26,045 nucleotides of DNA from Candidatus Iainarchaeum sp. (GTDB lineage: Archaea > Iainarchaeota > Iainarchaeia > Iainarchaeales > 0-14-0-20-34-12): positions 1-26,045 of the forward strand of contig JAUSKK010000041.1 in NCBI GenBank assembly GCA_030649345.1. Direction: 5' to 3'. This document shows, in pieces, positions 1 to 7,065 of this stretch (the stretch's first letter is position 1; each line of letters starts with the position of its first letter). The notes beneath the pieces were generated by a model. It searched no databases and was not told the origin of the DNA. It saw only the letters and a program-made list of their open reading frames with translations. The position numbers and the translations under genes were made by a program.

Positions 1-621
1 TTTATCAAGAACTGGTATAATTTCTTGTTCTAGTACTTGATATAGTTCTTGTTCAAATTTTTTAACTGCTTTTTTTCCTTCTATTGAATTATCTTCCAAG
101 TTTCCGTATTGTTCAATTAAAGACCTTAGTTTCTCTTGGAGTTTTGGAAACTGTCCAATTAAGTTAGCCATTCGAATAAATGAACCGCGTTCTCTTTTGG
201 GTGTAGCGCTAAATTTTCTTAATTGTTCAGCCACAATTTCCAATCGTTCTACTGTTCGTACTCCAGTTCCTGAGTCAATTGGGATAATCCGAGCACCTTT
301 TCTTAGTGCAATCGCAGCAAGTAAATCATCTTGACTAATGGGTCTGCCGTTATTTGCCATGGCGCGTTGTATTTGCCAAATTGTTTTAATGTTTGGATTT
401 TCTAAAAATTCTTCAGTTAATGTTTTTTCGTACTCTATAATTGTGCCTTCATTCATGCGGGCGCGATAACTTTCAACGCCTACAGTGTCTCCGGATTTAA
501 CTGAACGAACAAATTTTCTAATTTCAATGAGTTGCTGTTTTGTTGGCACTGAAAATCCGTCTTGGCTCATTTTTTGAAATTTGTGGTCATGTCCAAATAA
601 TCCAACTGTTTTTTGGGTCAT
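1..621 (-). CDS. Hypothetical protein, N-terminal 207 codons only (ORF runs off the left edge). Possible TraB/PrgY/Tiki-superfamily first repeat.
   Basis: Absent from the ORF track because it is open at position 1. Manual minus-strand translation from ATG (619-621) gives MTQKTVGLFGHDHKFQKMSQDGFSVPTKQQLIEIRKFVRSVKSGDTVGVESYRARMNEGTIIEYEK..., with no stop through position 1. The ATG lies 1 nt after the TAA of the upstream diphthine synthase gene. The pattern 'strand-G-x-x-H ... GD-x-V-x-V-E-x-x-R' resembles TraB 'GTAH...PDxVxVEL..R'. Confidence 0.6.
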   Translation of the reverse strand, partial: MTQKTVGLFGHDHKFQKMSQDGFSVPTKQQLIEIRKFVRSVKSGDTVGVESYRARMNEGTIIEYEKTLTEEFLENPNIKTIWQIQRAMANNGRPISQDDLLAAIALRKGARIIPIDSGTGVRTVERLEIVAEQLRKFSATPKRERGSFIRMANLIGQFPKLQEKLRSLIEQYGNLEDNSIEGKKAVKKFEQELYQVLEQEIIPVLDK

Positions 622-622
622 A

Positions 623-1429
623 TTATTTTCCAGTCCATCCTTTGAAGATAGTTCCTAAAGTTGGTTTGTTGAATAATTTTTCCAAAGCTTCTTTTTCAAA
701 ATCGCTTAGTTTAGAGCAAACCACCAAAAAAGCTGGAGTATCCAATTTGGCTTGTTTCATTTCTTCTAAATTTCCCCACATTATTTTTTCGTCTTGACTT
801 CCAGCTTTACTCAATCCAATGAATGTAATTTGATTCAATATTTTTTGTTCTCGCTTGGTTTCAATTTTTTCCAATACTTGAATTCCTTCTTTTACAGTCA
901 TTAATCTGTTTCCTTCTTTGATGTCTAAAAAACATAATGTGTGTAATTCTTGTTCTTGGTTTTTTAAAATTTGATCATAAAAGCTTTCAGGTTCATAGTT
1001 TTTTTCCGGTAAAACTAAGGTAACAGAGCGTCCGAATTTGTAAATATTTAATCCAGTTTTTCCCAAGAAATCAGTTACAGAAATTCCTGCAAAGACTTCA
1101 AATTTAATTCCTTGTTTTTTGCAGTCCACCAACAATTGCGTGTGCGTTGTGGCTGTCAAAGCATTTCCAAAAACAAGCAGTGCAATGTTTCTTTCTTTGG
1201 CTAGTTTTAAATTTTGTTCTACAAAATTTTCTTCAACTTGGGTTCTGTTTAAGGGAATGATTTTTTTTCCAATAATTTTTTCCAAATCTTGCACAGTTCC
1301 TTCGGCGTACAAGCAAGTATAGGTTTCAAGATAAATTACTTCACATTCTTTGATTTTATTTAAAGCTTCGATAGTCAAATGTGCTGGTTTTAATCCAATT
1401 CCAATTAAGTAAAACATGCTGTTCTCCAA
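623..1429 (-). CDS. dphB: Diphthine synthase (diphthamide biosynthesis methyltransferase, tetrapyrrole-methylase fold)
   Basis: MFYLIGIGLKP..., ...VIYLETYT..., ...LLVFGNALTATTH... match the Dph5/DphB family, and the length is typical (about 265 aa). The true start may be the ATG at 1417 (MFYLIGIGL). Confidence 0.9.
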   Translation of the reverse strand: MENSMFYLIGIGLKPAHLTIEALNKIKECEVIYLETYTCLYAEGTVQDLEKIIGKKIIPLNRTQVEENFVEQNLKLAKERNIALLVFGNALTATTHTQLLVDCKKQGIKFEVFAGISVTDFLGKTGLNIYKFGRSVTLVLPEKNYEPESFYDQILKNQEQELHTLCFLDIKEGNRLMTVKEGIQVLEKIETKREQKILNQITFIGLSKAGSQDEKIMWGNLEEMKQAKLDTPAFLVVCSKLSDFEKEALEKLFNKPTLGTIFKGWTGK

Positions 1430-1486
1430 AGTAATATTTATTAATTTGTTGTTAAATAGATTACGTTAGTGCTAAGAGAGGGTTGA

Positions 1487-1714
1487 ATGGGTAAATTGTC
1501 AAATGTTTCTTGGAATGAACTTGTCAAAGTTTTGTCTTTAATTGGCTATGCTGTTGACCATCAAAAAGGCAGTCATTTAATTTTAATTAAACAAGGCTTT
1601 GGCAGAACAGTTGTGCCTAAGCGTGATTCTTTGCCGAAAGGTACTTTGCGTGCAATTTTACGTCAAACTGGTTTTTCGGTTGAAGATTTTTTGAATTTAT
1701 TGGAAAAAGTTTAA
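1487..1714 (+). CDS. hicA: HicA-family mRNA interferase toxin
   Basis: 75 aa with ...DHQKGSHLILIK...VVPKRDSLPKGTLRAILRQTGFS..., the YcfA/HicA signature including the catalytic GSH. A purine-rich RBS lies upstream. Confidence 0.85.
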   Translation: MGKLSNVSWNELVKVLSLIGYAVDHQKGSHLILIKQGFGRTVVPKRDSLPKGTLRAILRQTGFSVEDFLNLLEKV

Positions 1715-1729
1715 ATGGAGGTTGAATGA

Positions 1730-1966
1730 ATGAATACTAATATGAATAAAGTTTCCAGCAAATTTAGAGTAGTTTTATCTGTTGACGAAGACGGTTTTTT
1801 TATTGCAGAATGTTTAGACTTACCTGGCTGTGTTTCAGATGGAAAAACAAAACAAGACGCTTTAGAAAATATTAAAGAAGCGATTGAAGGTTATTTGGAA
1901 AGCTTAGCTAAGCATGGGGAAAAAATTCCAAATAAACATGCAGAACTAATTACTGTTAGAGTTTAA
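1730..1966 (+). CDS. hicB: HicB-family (UPF0150) antitoxin
   Basis: 78 aa with ...FFIAECLDLPGCVSDGKTKQDALENIKEAIEGYLESL..., a typical HicB N-domain. GGAGG at 1717-1721 lies 8 nt upstream of the ATG. The gene starts 15 nt after hicA. Confidence 0.8.
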   Translation: MNTNMNKVSSKFRVVLSVDEDGFFIAECLDLPGCVSDGKTKQDALENIKEAIEGYLESLAKHGEKIPNKHAELITVRV

Positions 1967-1971
1967 TTTTT

Positions 1972-2838
1972 TTATACGACTCCAATGGCTCCAATTTTGA
2001 TTAAACTGGCTCCGCCGGTGGCAAATCCTAAAATAGCTAAAAATAGTTTAATGAATCCTTTCAAGTTTTCGTCTTGAATGTCTTGATCAATGTAATGCAA
2101 AATTGCTACAATTAAGACTACTTTGACTACAATAAACAATGCTGGATTCACTCCTAAAATAAATGCACTGAGTGGATGTTGTTCTCCGTATCCTAAAAAT
2201 CCTACAGCCAAAAAAGTTGCTCCGCTGTCAATTACTTGTCCAGTTAAAGCTAAAATATTGAGTTTGTTTTCCAATACTTTTTTCTTTAAAACTTTTTGAA
2301 CCACGAACCAAGTAACAATAATGGTTACAGCAATAACTCCAACTGCTAATCCAAAATTAGTCCAATCCACAAATCGTGACAAAACATAAGCAAACAATAC
2401 TCCGCCAGTTAATAATCCAATTCCTGCAAAGATTGTGTGATATTTTTCTTTTCCAAATTTTAATCCAATTCCCAATCCAATTAAAGTCAATACTGCTGTA
2501 GCAAACCAGACTCCGGGTGTATGCGTCCAATAACCCAATTCAAATGGATTGACTGTTTGTTGAATGGTTGGATAAAACCAGCGAGCTGCATTGATTGCTC
2601 GTAAGCTTATTCCAAAAGCAATGTAGGGTAACAAAGCTAACATAAACTTGTAATCAAATTGAATTCCGCGCTTTTTTAATTGCGGGTATAAGACCCAAAA
2701 ACTCAAAATTAGTAAAATAATTCCATACGCTAAAGTATTCACGATATTGTATCCTTGCACGCTGGGGTCTGTTGCTGGTTTTACAAAACAATTTTCCCAG
2801 ATTCCCCCTTCTTGAAAAATACAATCATAGAATGTCAT
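1972..2838 (-). CDS. Polytopic integral membrane protein (DUF63-like archaeal family)
   Basis: 288 aa with about 8 hydrophobic segments. The N-terminal ...GYNIVNTLAYGIILL... and ...PYIAFGISLR... recall archaeal DUF63 proteins, but the family call is from memory only. Confidence 0.55.
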   Translation of the reverse strand: MTFYDCIFQEGGIWENCFVKPATDPSVQGYNIVNTLAYGIILLILSFWVLYPQLKKRGIQFDYKFMLALLPYIAFGISLRAINAARWFYPTIQQTVNPFELGYWTHTPGVWFATAVLTLIGLGIGLKFGKEKYHTIFAGIGLLTGGVLFAYVLSRFVDWTNFGLAVGVIAVTIIVTWFVVQKVLKKKVLENKLNILALTGQVIDSGATFLAVGFLGYGEQHPLSAFILGVNPALFIVVKVVLIVAILHYIDQDIQDENLKGFIKLFLAILGFATGGASLIKIGAIGVV

Positions 2839-2894
2839 GTATTAGTATTTTAAGGGTTTATTTTAAAAGAATGTGTATGGCGTCCATTCCTTCG

Positions 2895-3950
2895 ATGTGT
2901 GTTCCTAAAATCAAAGCAGAATCAGTAAAACAATTTTTAATTCAAAATAAGGTATTTCGATTTGGTGTTCGCCCGGATCATTCTCAAGATTTTGTTTTTT
3001 TTCCAATTACTCAAAAACTTTCTCCAATACTTTTATCTAAACTGAAAAAAAGTTCATCTAAAATCAAACAAAGCATGCATACATTTCCTGAAAAAGAACC
3101 TTTGCAGTCTTTAAATTTAAAAGATTCTTTGAAAAATCAATTATCTTCCGAAGAATTAAGTCATTTAATTTCTGCTTACGATATTGTGGGTTCGATTGCA
3201 GTTATTCAGGTTCCCAAAGAATTAATGAACCGAAAAAGTTTAATTGCAAAAACTGTCTTGAAAATTAATCATTCCATTCAAACAGTGTGTATGATTACTG
3301 GAGGCCATTCTGGAAAATATAGAATTCAGCCAGTTAAACTTTTGGCTGGAAAGAAAACAACCGAAACAGTTTACAAGGAACATAATTGTTTATTCAAAAT
3401 GGATATTGCCAAAGTATTTTTTTCTCCGCGCTTGAGTTTTGAGCGTGCCCGCATCAATGATTTAATTCAACCCAATGAAGTTATTGGCTCTTTTTTTTCC
3501 GGAGTTGGACCGTATTCTATTATTTTTGCAAAAAATTCAAATACTCAACGAGTTTACTCGGTTGAGTTAAATCCAAGCGCAGTCAAATATCATAAACTTA
3601 ACAATAAATTAAATAAAGTTGAAGAAAAAGTTGAATTATTAAAAGGAGATGTTCACAAAATTGTTCCAAAATATTTAAAAGGAACCTGTGATCGAATTGT
3701 AATGCCTTTACCGGAAACTGGAGAATTATTTTTAGACGAAGCTTTTGCTGCGCTTAAGCCTGAAGGTGGAATGATTCATTTTTACACTTTTGCGCCTAGA
3801 GCTGATTTGTATTCTCATGCAGTGTCTGAGCTTGAAAAAGTTGCAAAAAAGTTCAATCGAAAAATTAAGATTGTTCGAAACGAAATTTGCCGTACTTTTT
3901 CTGCTTCGGTTGTTCAAATTGTCTTGGATGTCAGTGTATCAGAACCTTAG
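2895..3950 (+). CDS. trm5: tRNA (guanine37-N1)-methyltransferase, Trm5 family
   Basis: ...FKMDIAKVFFSPRLSFERARI..., SAM motif ...FFSGVGPYSIIFAK..., ...VYSVELNP...N..., ...DRIVMPLPE... (NLP-like), ...HFYTF.... The track start at 2772 overlaps the divergent membrane gene. ATGs at 2871/2877/2895 are alternatives; 2895 (MCVPKIKAE...) fits a TATA-like TTTATTTTAAAA at about 2856-2868. Confidence 0.8.
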   Translation: MCVPKIKAESVKQFLIQNKVFRFGVRPDHSQDFVFFPITQKLSPILLSKLKKSSSKIKQSMHTFPEKEPLQSLNLKDSLKNQLSSEELSHLISAYDIVGSIAVIQVPKELMNRKSLIAKTVLKINHSIQTVCMITGGHSGKYRIQPVKLLAGKKTTETVYKEHNCLFKMDIAKVFFSPRLSFERARINDLIQPNEVIGSFFSGVGPYSIIFAKNSNTQRVYSVELNPSAVKYHKLNNKLNKVEEKVELLKGDVHKIVPKYLKGTCDRIVMPLPETGELFLDEAFAALKPEGGMIHFYTFAPRADLYSHAVSELEKVAKKFNRKIKIVRNEICRTFSASVVQIVLDVSVSEP

Positions 3951-3962
3951 GTTCCGATATAC

Positions 3963-4008
3963 TGCAAAACTCTAAGTTTTGCATATACATAAAATCTTTG
4001 ATTTTATG
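3963..4008. repeat. Double-hairpin intergenic module, copy A
   Basis: TGCAAAACT-cta-AGTTTTGCA (3963-3983) followed by CATAAAATC-ttt-GATTTTATG (3988-4008). The second hairpin is nearly identical to 25041-25061. Confidence 0.55.
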
Positions 4009-4020
4009 ATACCTCCTGAT

Positions 4021-4065
4021 AGACTATCTTCGCAATGCTTTGCATTGCTCGATAGTCTGTTTTTT
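4021..4065 (+). terminator. Hairpin plus T-run terminator downstream of trm5
   Basis: AGACTATC-ttc-GCAATGC-ttt-GCATTGC-tc-GATAGTCT (15 paired positions), followed by G and TTTTTT (4060-4065). Confidence 0.5.
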
Positions 4066-4091
4066 AAACAATTTCTTTCCTTGATTTTGGT

Positions 4092-4748
4092 ATGCCGTTG
4101 AATTTAGTGTTTATTGGTCCTCCGGGTGCAGGTAAAGGAACAGTTGCAGGAATGGTTGCCCGAGAATGGCAAATCCCTCATTTAAGTACTGGAGAAATGC
4201 TGCGTTCTGAAATAGCCAAAGCTTCTGCTTTAGGAAAGTTTGTTCAGTCCATTGTAGCTTCCGGCGGTTTAGTGGATGATCAGACTGTTTCTCAAATTGT
4301 AGAACAACGCATCAAAGAACAAGATTGTTTACAGGGATTTATTTTGGATGGTTTTCCAAGAAATGTTCAGCAGGCTATTATCTTAGATGGTTTATTGGCT
4401 GCGCATGAAAAAAATGTTTCTGCTGCTGTTTTGTTTTTTATTCCAGAAGAAGCTTTAGTCAAGCGTTTGTCTGGCCGAAGATATTGCCCAAAATGTTCTA
4501 GAACGTACAATATGTATACTCCTGAACTAATGCCAAAAAAAGATTCCGTCTGCAATGACTGCGGTGTTATCTTACAACAACGAGCCGATGACAGGTCAGA
4601 ATCTGTTCGCAAGCGTTTGCATATTTACAATACTCATATTGCGCCTTTGTTGAAATTTTATCAAGAAAAAAATTTATTGCTGCAATTAAAAGCCGATGGC
4701 TCAATTCAAGAAAATGTTTCCAGGCTGAAAGAATTATTAAAACATTAA
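4092..4748 (+). CDS. adk: Adenylate kinase, long bacterial type with Zn-binding lid
   Basis: P-loop GPPGAGKGT, ...GFILDGFPRNVQQA..., and lid CPKC...CNDC. 218 aa. Confidence 0.95.
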   Translation: MPLNLVFIGPPGAGKGTVAGMVAREWQIPHLSTGEMLRSEIAKASALGKFVQSIVASGGLVDDQTVSQIVEQRIKEQDCLQGFILDGFPRNVQQAIILDGLLAAHEKNVSAAVLFFIPEEALVKRLSGRRYCPKCSRTYNMYTPELMPKKDSVCNDCGVILQQRADDRSESVRKRLHIYNTHIAPLLKFYQEKNLLLQLKADGSIQENVSRLKELLKH

Positions 4749-4761
4749 TTGTATTTTTGAT

Positions 4762-5460
4762 ATGATTCCTTTGAAAAATCGTGCTCAAGTTAAACGCTTG
4801 AATGTTTCAAATCATTCTTTAGGCAAACCCGGAGAATATGCTTCGGCTGTTCGTTTGGGGCGAATTGTTTTTCATCCCGAAAAAAAAGGCTCGAAAGTTT
4901 CTTCTCATCGGGTGGCTGTAAAATTTTTCAAACCCAAACATCCTTTGACACCCCAACGAGTTCGAGTTTATGAATCCGTAATTGAAAGGCTTAGAACTGC
5001 TGGAATTAAAATGCCTAAAATTGGCTTTGCAGAACACGAAGGACAATGGGTTCAAGTAAGCGGAGTATATGGAAGCAAATCTCGCACAAAATTAGATATT
5101 CGTCTTGATTCAAAATATTTACAGCAGCCTGAGCATGCCGAGCGCTTGCTTTCAGTTTGTTTAAAATTAATGAACGCAGGATTTCCTCCGTTTGGTGATG
5201 CAATTGGAGTCATTCAAACTTCTAGAGGTCCGTTGTTTCGTGTGTATGATTTAGATGCTTTGGTAGATTTTGAAGGACTAAAACCAAAGAAAAAATCTCA
5301 GTTAATGGGACTTCATTTAACTTCCATTTTTCAATTGCTATCCAGTGCTGGCTGGGATTATATTTCTGTGATGGATGCACTTGAACCCAGTCTTAGAAAT
5401 CAAGACGCTAAAAATGTGATTGCTGGTTTGCGGGCACAATTGGTCCGAGGTGGGCATTAA
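4762..5460 (+). CDS. Hypothetical protein, possibly a minimal or degenerate protein-kinase-like fold
   Basis: 232 aa. Candidate motifs are a Gly-rich LGKPGEYASAV, a beta3-Lys in VAVKFFK, ...GFPPFGDAIGVI... at the catalytic-loop position, and ...VYDLDALV... as a DFG-like element. The start is 13 nt after adk and the stop is 1 nt before the next ATG. Confidence 0.55.
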   Translation: MIPLKNRAQVKRLNVSNHSLGKPGEYASAVRLGRIVFHPEKKGSKVSSHRVAVKFFKPKHPLTPQRVRVYESVIERLRTAGIKMPKIGFAEHEGQWVQVSGVYGSKSRTKLDIRLDSKYLQQPEHAERLLSVCLKLMNAGFPPFGDAIGVIQTSRGPLFRVYDLDALVDFEGLKPKKKSQLMGLHLTSIFQLLSSAGWDYISVMDALEPSLRNQDAKNVIAGLRAQLVRGGH

Positions 5461-5461
5461 A

Positions 5462-5974
5462 ATGTTGTTGATTTTTTGCGGTTTACCGGGTACTGGAAAA
5501 AGTTCTTTGGCTAAAAAACTAATTTCCAAGTTTAAAGCAGTTCATTTGAATTCAGATGTAATTCGAAAAGAATTGTTTAAAGAAAGAACCTATTCTGAAG
5601 AAGAAAAAGAACAAGTGTATTTAAAATTATTTGAATTAACTGAACAAGAACTAAAAAAAGAAACCAATGTAATCTTGGACGCTACTTTTTTCAAAGATTT
5701 TTACCGTAAAAAAGTTGTAGTTTTGGCTAAAAAGTTAAAGGTTCCTTTTTATTTTATTGAATGTACTTTGCCTTCAGATATTGTGAAAGAACGAATTCTT
5801 TCCAGAAAAAATTCTGTCAGCGAAGCTGACTTTAAAGTATATCAAAAGCTTAAACGCGACTTTGAACCCATTCGCCAGGTTCATTTAAGTTTAGATATGT
5901 CTCAAAATTTTAAAGAACAATTTGAAAAAATTCAAGAATTTATTTCCAAAACCAAAAAACAAAAATTGATCTAA
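5462..5974 (+). CDS. P-loop kinase, AAA_33 / zeta-toxin-like ATP-binding protein
   Basis: MLLIFCGLPGTGKSSLAKKL (Walker A), ...VILDATFF... (Walker B-like), ...ERILSR.... I chose the start at ATG 5462 (TAAAATG junction) rather than the track's 5420. Confidence 0.75.
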   Translation: MLLIFCGLPGTGKSSLAKKLISKFKAVHLNSDVIRKELFKERTYSEEEKEQVYLKLFELTEQELKKETNVILDATFFKDFYRKKVVVLAKKLKVPFYFIECTLPSDIVKERILSRKNSVSEADFKVYQKLKRDFEPIRQVHLSLDMSQNFKEQFEKIQEFISKTKKQKLI

Positions 5975-5975
5975 T

Positions 5976-6977
5976 ATGAATGCCACTCCAGACTTTTTAT
6001 CTGATTTAAAAAACGCAAAAGCATATGCTCATCCAGTTCAAGAAATTAAATTAATTGAAACCCATATTTCGTGGGTTTTTTTAACTGGTGATTTTGTTTA
6101 TAAAATCAAAAAACCTGTTCAATTTTCTTTTTTAGATTATTCTACTTTGGATAAACGAAAGTTTTTCTGCCAAGAAGAATTGCGATTAAACCAGTGTTTA
6201 TCTCCCGATTTGTATCTTGGATTATCTGCAATTGTGAAAACTTCAGAAGGCTATCAAATTTCAGATAATGTAAGCAATGCTGTTGAATTTTGTGTCAAAA
6301 TGAAACAATTGCCGGAAGAAAAAAGGTTAAATCATTTATTGGAACAAAAACAAGTTTCTAAAGAAGATGTTGAACAAATTGCACAAGTTTTAGCTGACTT
6401 TCATTCTAAAGCAAAAATTATCTCAGATCCTGAATATTCTAAGCCTGAAAAAATTTTGTCTGAAATCAATGATATTATGAATGTAGGTCCTGTTGTAGAA
6501 AAAGAATTTTCTTTAACCAGTGTTTTGGATTATGTTTTGAAAAAATGTGCCAAATTTTCTTTCAATCATGCCGATTATTTCACTGAACGTTTTAATCAAA
6601 ACAAAATTCGGGAATGCCATGGAGACTTGCATTCAGCCAATATTTTTTTGATTGAAGGAAAGCCTTGGATTTTTGACTGCATTGAATTCAATAAAGACTT
6701 TCAGTACATTGACGTTGCTTCCGATGTAGCCTTTATGGCAATGGATTTAGATGCTTTTGGGCGCGAAGATTTAAGTGCTCATTTTGTTTCTAAATATCTT
6801 GAATTTTCGCAAGATTTAGACTTGAAAAAAATGCTTGACTTTTATAAATGCTATAAAGCCAATGTTCGTGCCAAAATTGCTGCTTTTGAATTTATGCAAA
6901 CCAATAGTTCGGAAGCACGTGAACGTATTCGAAAATACATCCGCTTATGCGAACGTTATTCTGAACGTTTGGTTTAA
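5976..6977 (+). CDS. Aminoglycoside-phosphotransferase-like (APH/ePK-like) kinase
   Basis: ...IETHISWVFLTGDFVYKIKKPVQFSFLDYSTLDKRKFFCQEELRLNQCLSPDLYLG... and the catalytic HGDLHSANIF...FDCIEF. Together with 5462..5974 this matches the two halves of proteins usually annotated 'bifunctional aminoglycoside phosphotransferase/ATP-binding protein'. Confidence 0.75.
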   Translation: MNATPDFLSDLKNAKAYAHPVQEIKLIETHISWVFLTGDFVYKIKKPVQFSFLDYSTLDKRKFFCQEELRLNQCLSPDLYLGLSAIVKTSEGYQISDNVSNAVEFCVKMKQLPEEKRLNHLLEQKQVSKEDVEQIAQVLADFHSKAKIISDPEYSKPEKILSEINDIMNVGPVVEKEFSLTSVLDYVLKKCAKFSFNHADYFTERFNQNKIRECHGDLHSANIFLIEGKPWIFDCIEFNKDFQYIDVASDVAFMAMDLDAFGREDLSAHFVSKYLEFSQDLDLKKMLDFYKCYKANVRAKIAAFEFMQTNSSEARERIRKYIRLCERYSERLV

Positions 6978-7065
6978 GTGTTTGAAATTTGTATCAATAA
7001 TAGTGCTTTTTTAAGCCTTTTTGTAATAAATTTAGTATTCTATTTGAAATTAGGTGATTTTGGTT

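Noticed and set aside
540-797. Plus-strand ORFs 540..797 and 1119..1322. Also the similar short antisense ORFs 3732..3917, 4367..4612, 4567..4788, 4819..5055, 5015..5203, 9074..9283, 9494..9688, 10722..10928, 11846..12043, 13619..13825, 14071..14262, 16031..16336, 16701..16955, 18917..19144, 19991..20203 and 24854..25148.
   Set aside because: All lie opposite to, or out of frame with, genes that have strong family signatures. None has RBS or TATA support or a recognisable motif.
1347-1359. 13-nt identity (TCTTTGATTTTAT) between the dphB coding region and the hairpin at 3995-4007.
   Set aside because: It covers only one arm, so no hairpin forms in dphB. The sequence is low-complexity and AT-rich, so this is most likely chance.
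2772-2894. N-terminal extension of Trm5 from the track start at 2772.
   Set aside because: It would overlap the divergent membrane gene by 67 nt and has no counterpart in Trm5 proteins. Internal ATGs downstream of a TATA-like box are more plausible starts.
4003-4020. Possible C/D-box sRNA (TATGATA ... CTGA) and an anti-Shine-Dalgarno-like ACCTCC in the trm5-adk spacer.
   Set aside because: Box spacing is only about 5 nt, there are no second C'/D' boxes, and there is no kink-turn context. The ACCTCC hexamer alone is not meaningful. On the minus strand AGGAGGT is not followed by a start codon at a usable distance.
4880-4887. A8 homopolymer in 4762..5460, and other A/T runs of 8-9 nt (for example 11408-11415 and 18438-18446), as phase-variation tracts.
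   Set aside because: Such runs are expected at this base composition. The coding run encodes Lys-Lys in frame, and there is no evidence of frameshifted alternatives.
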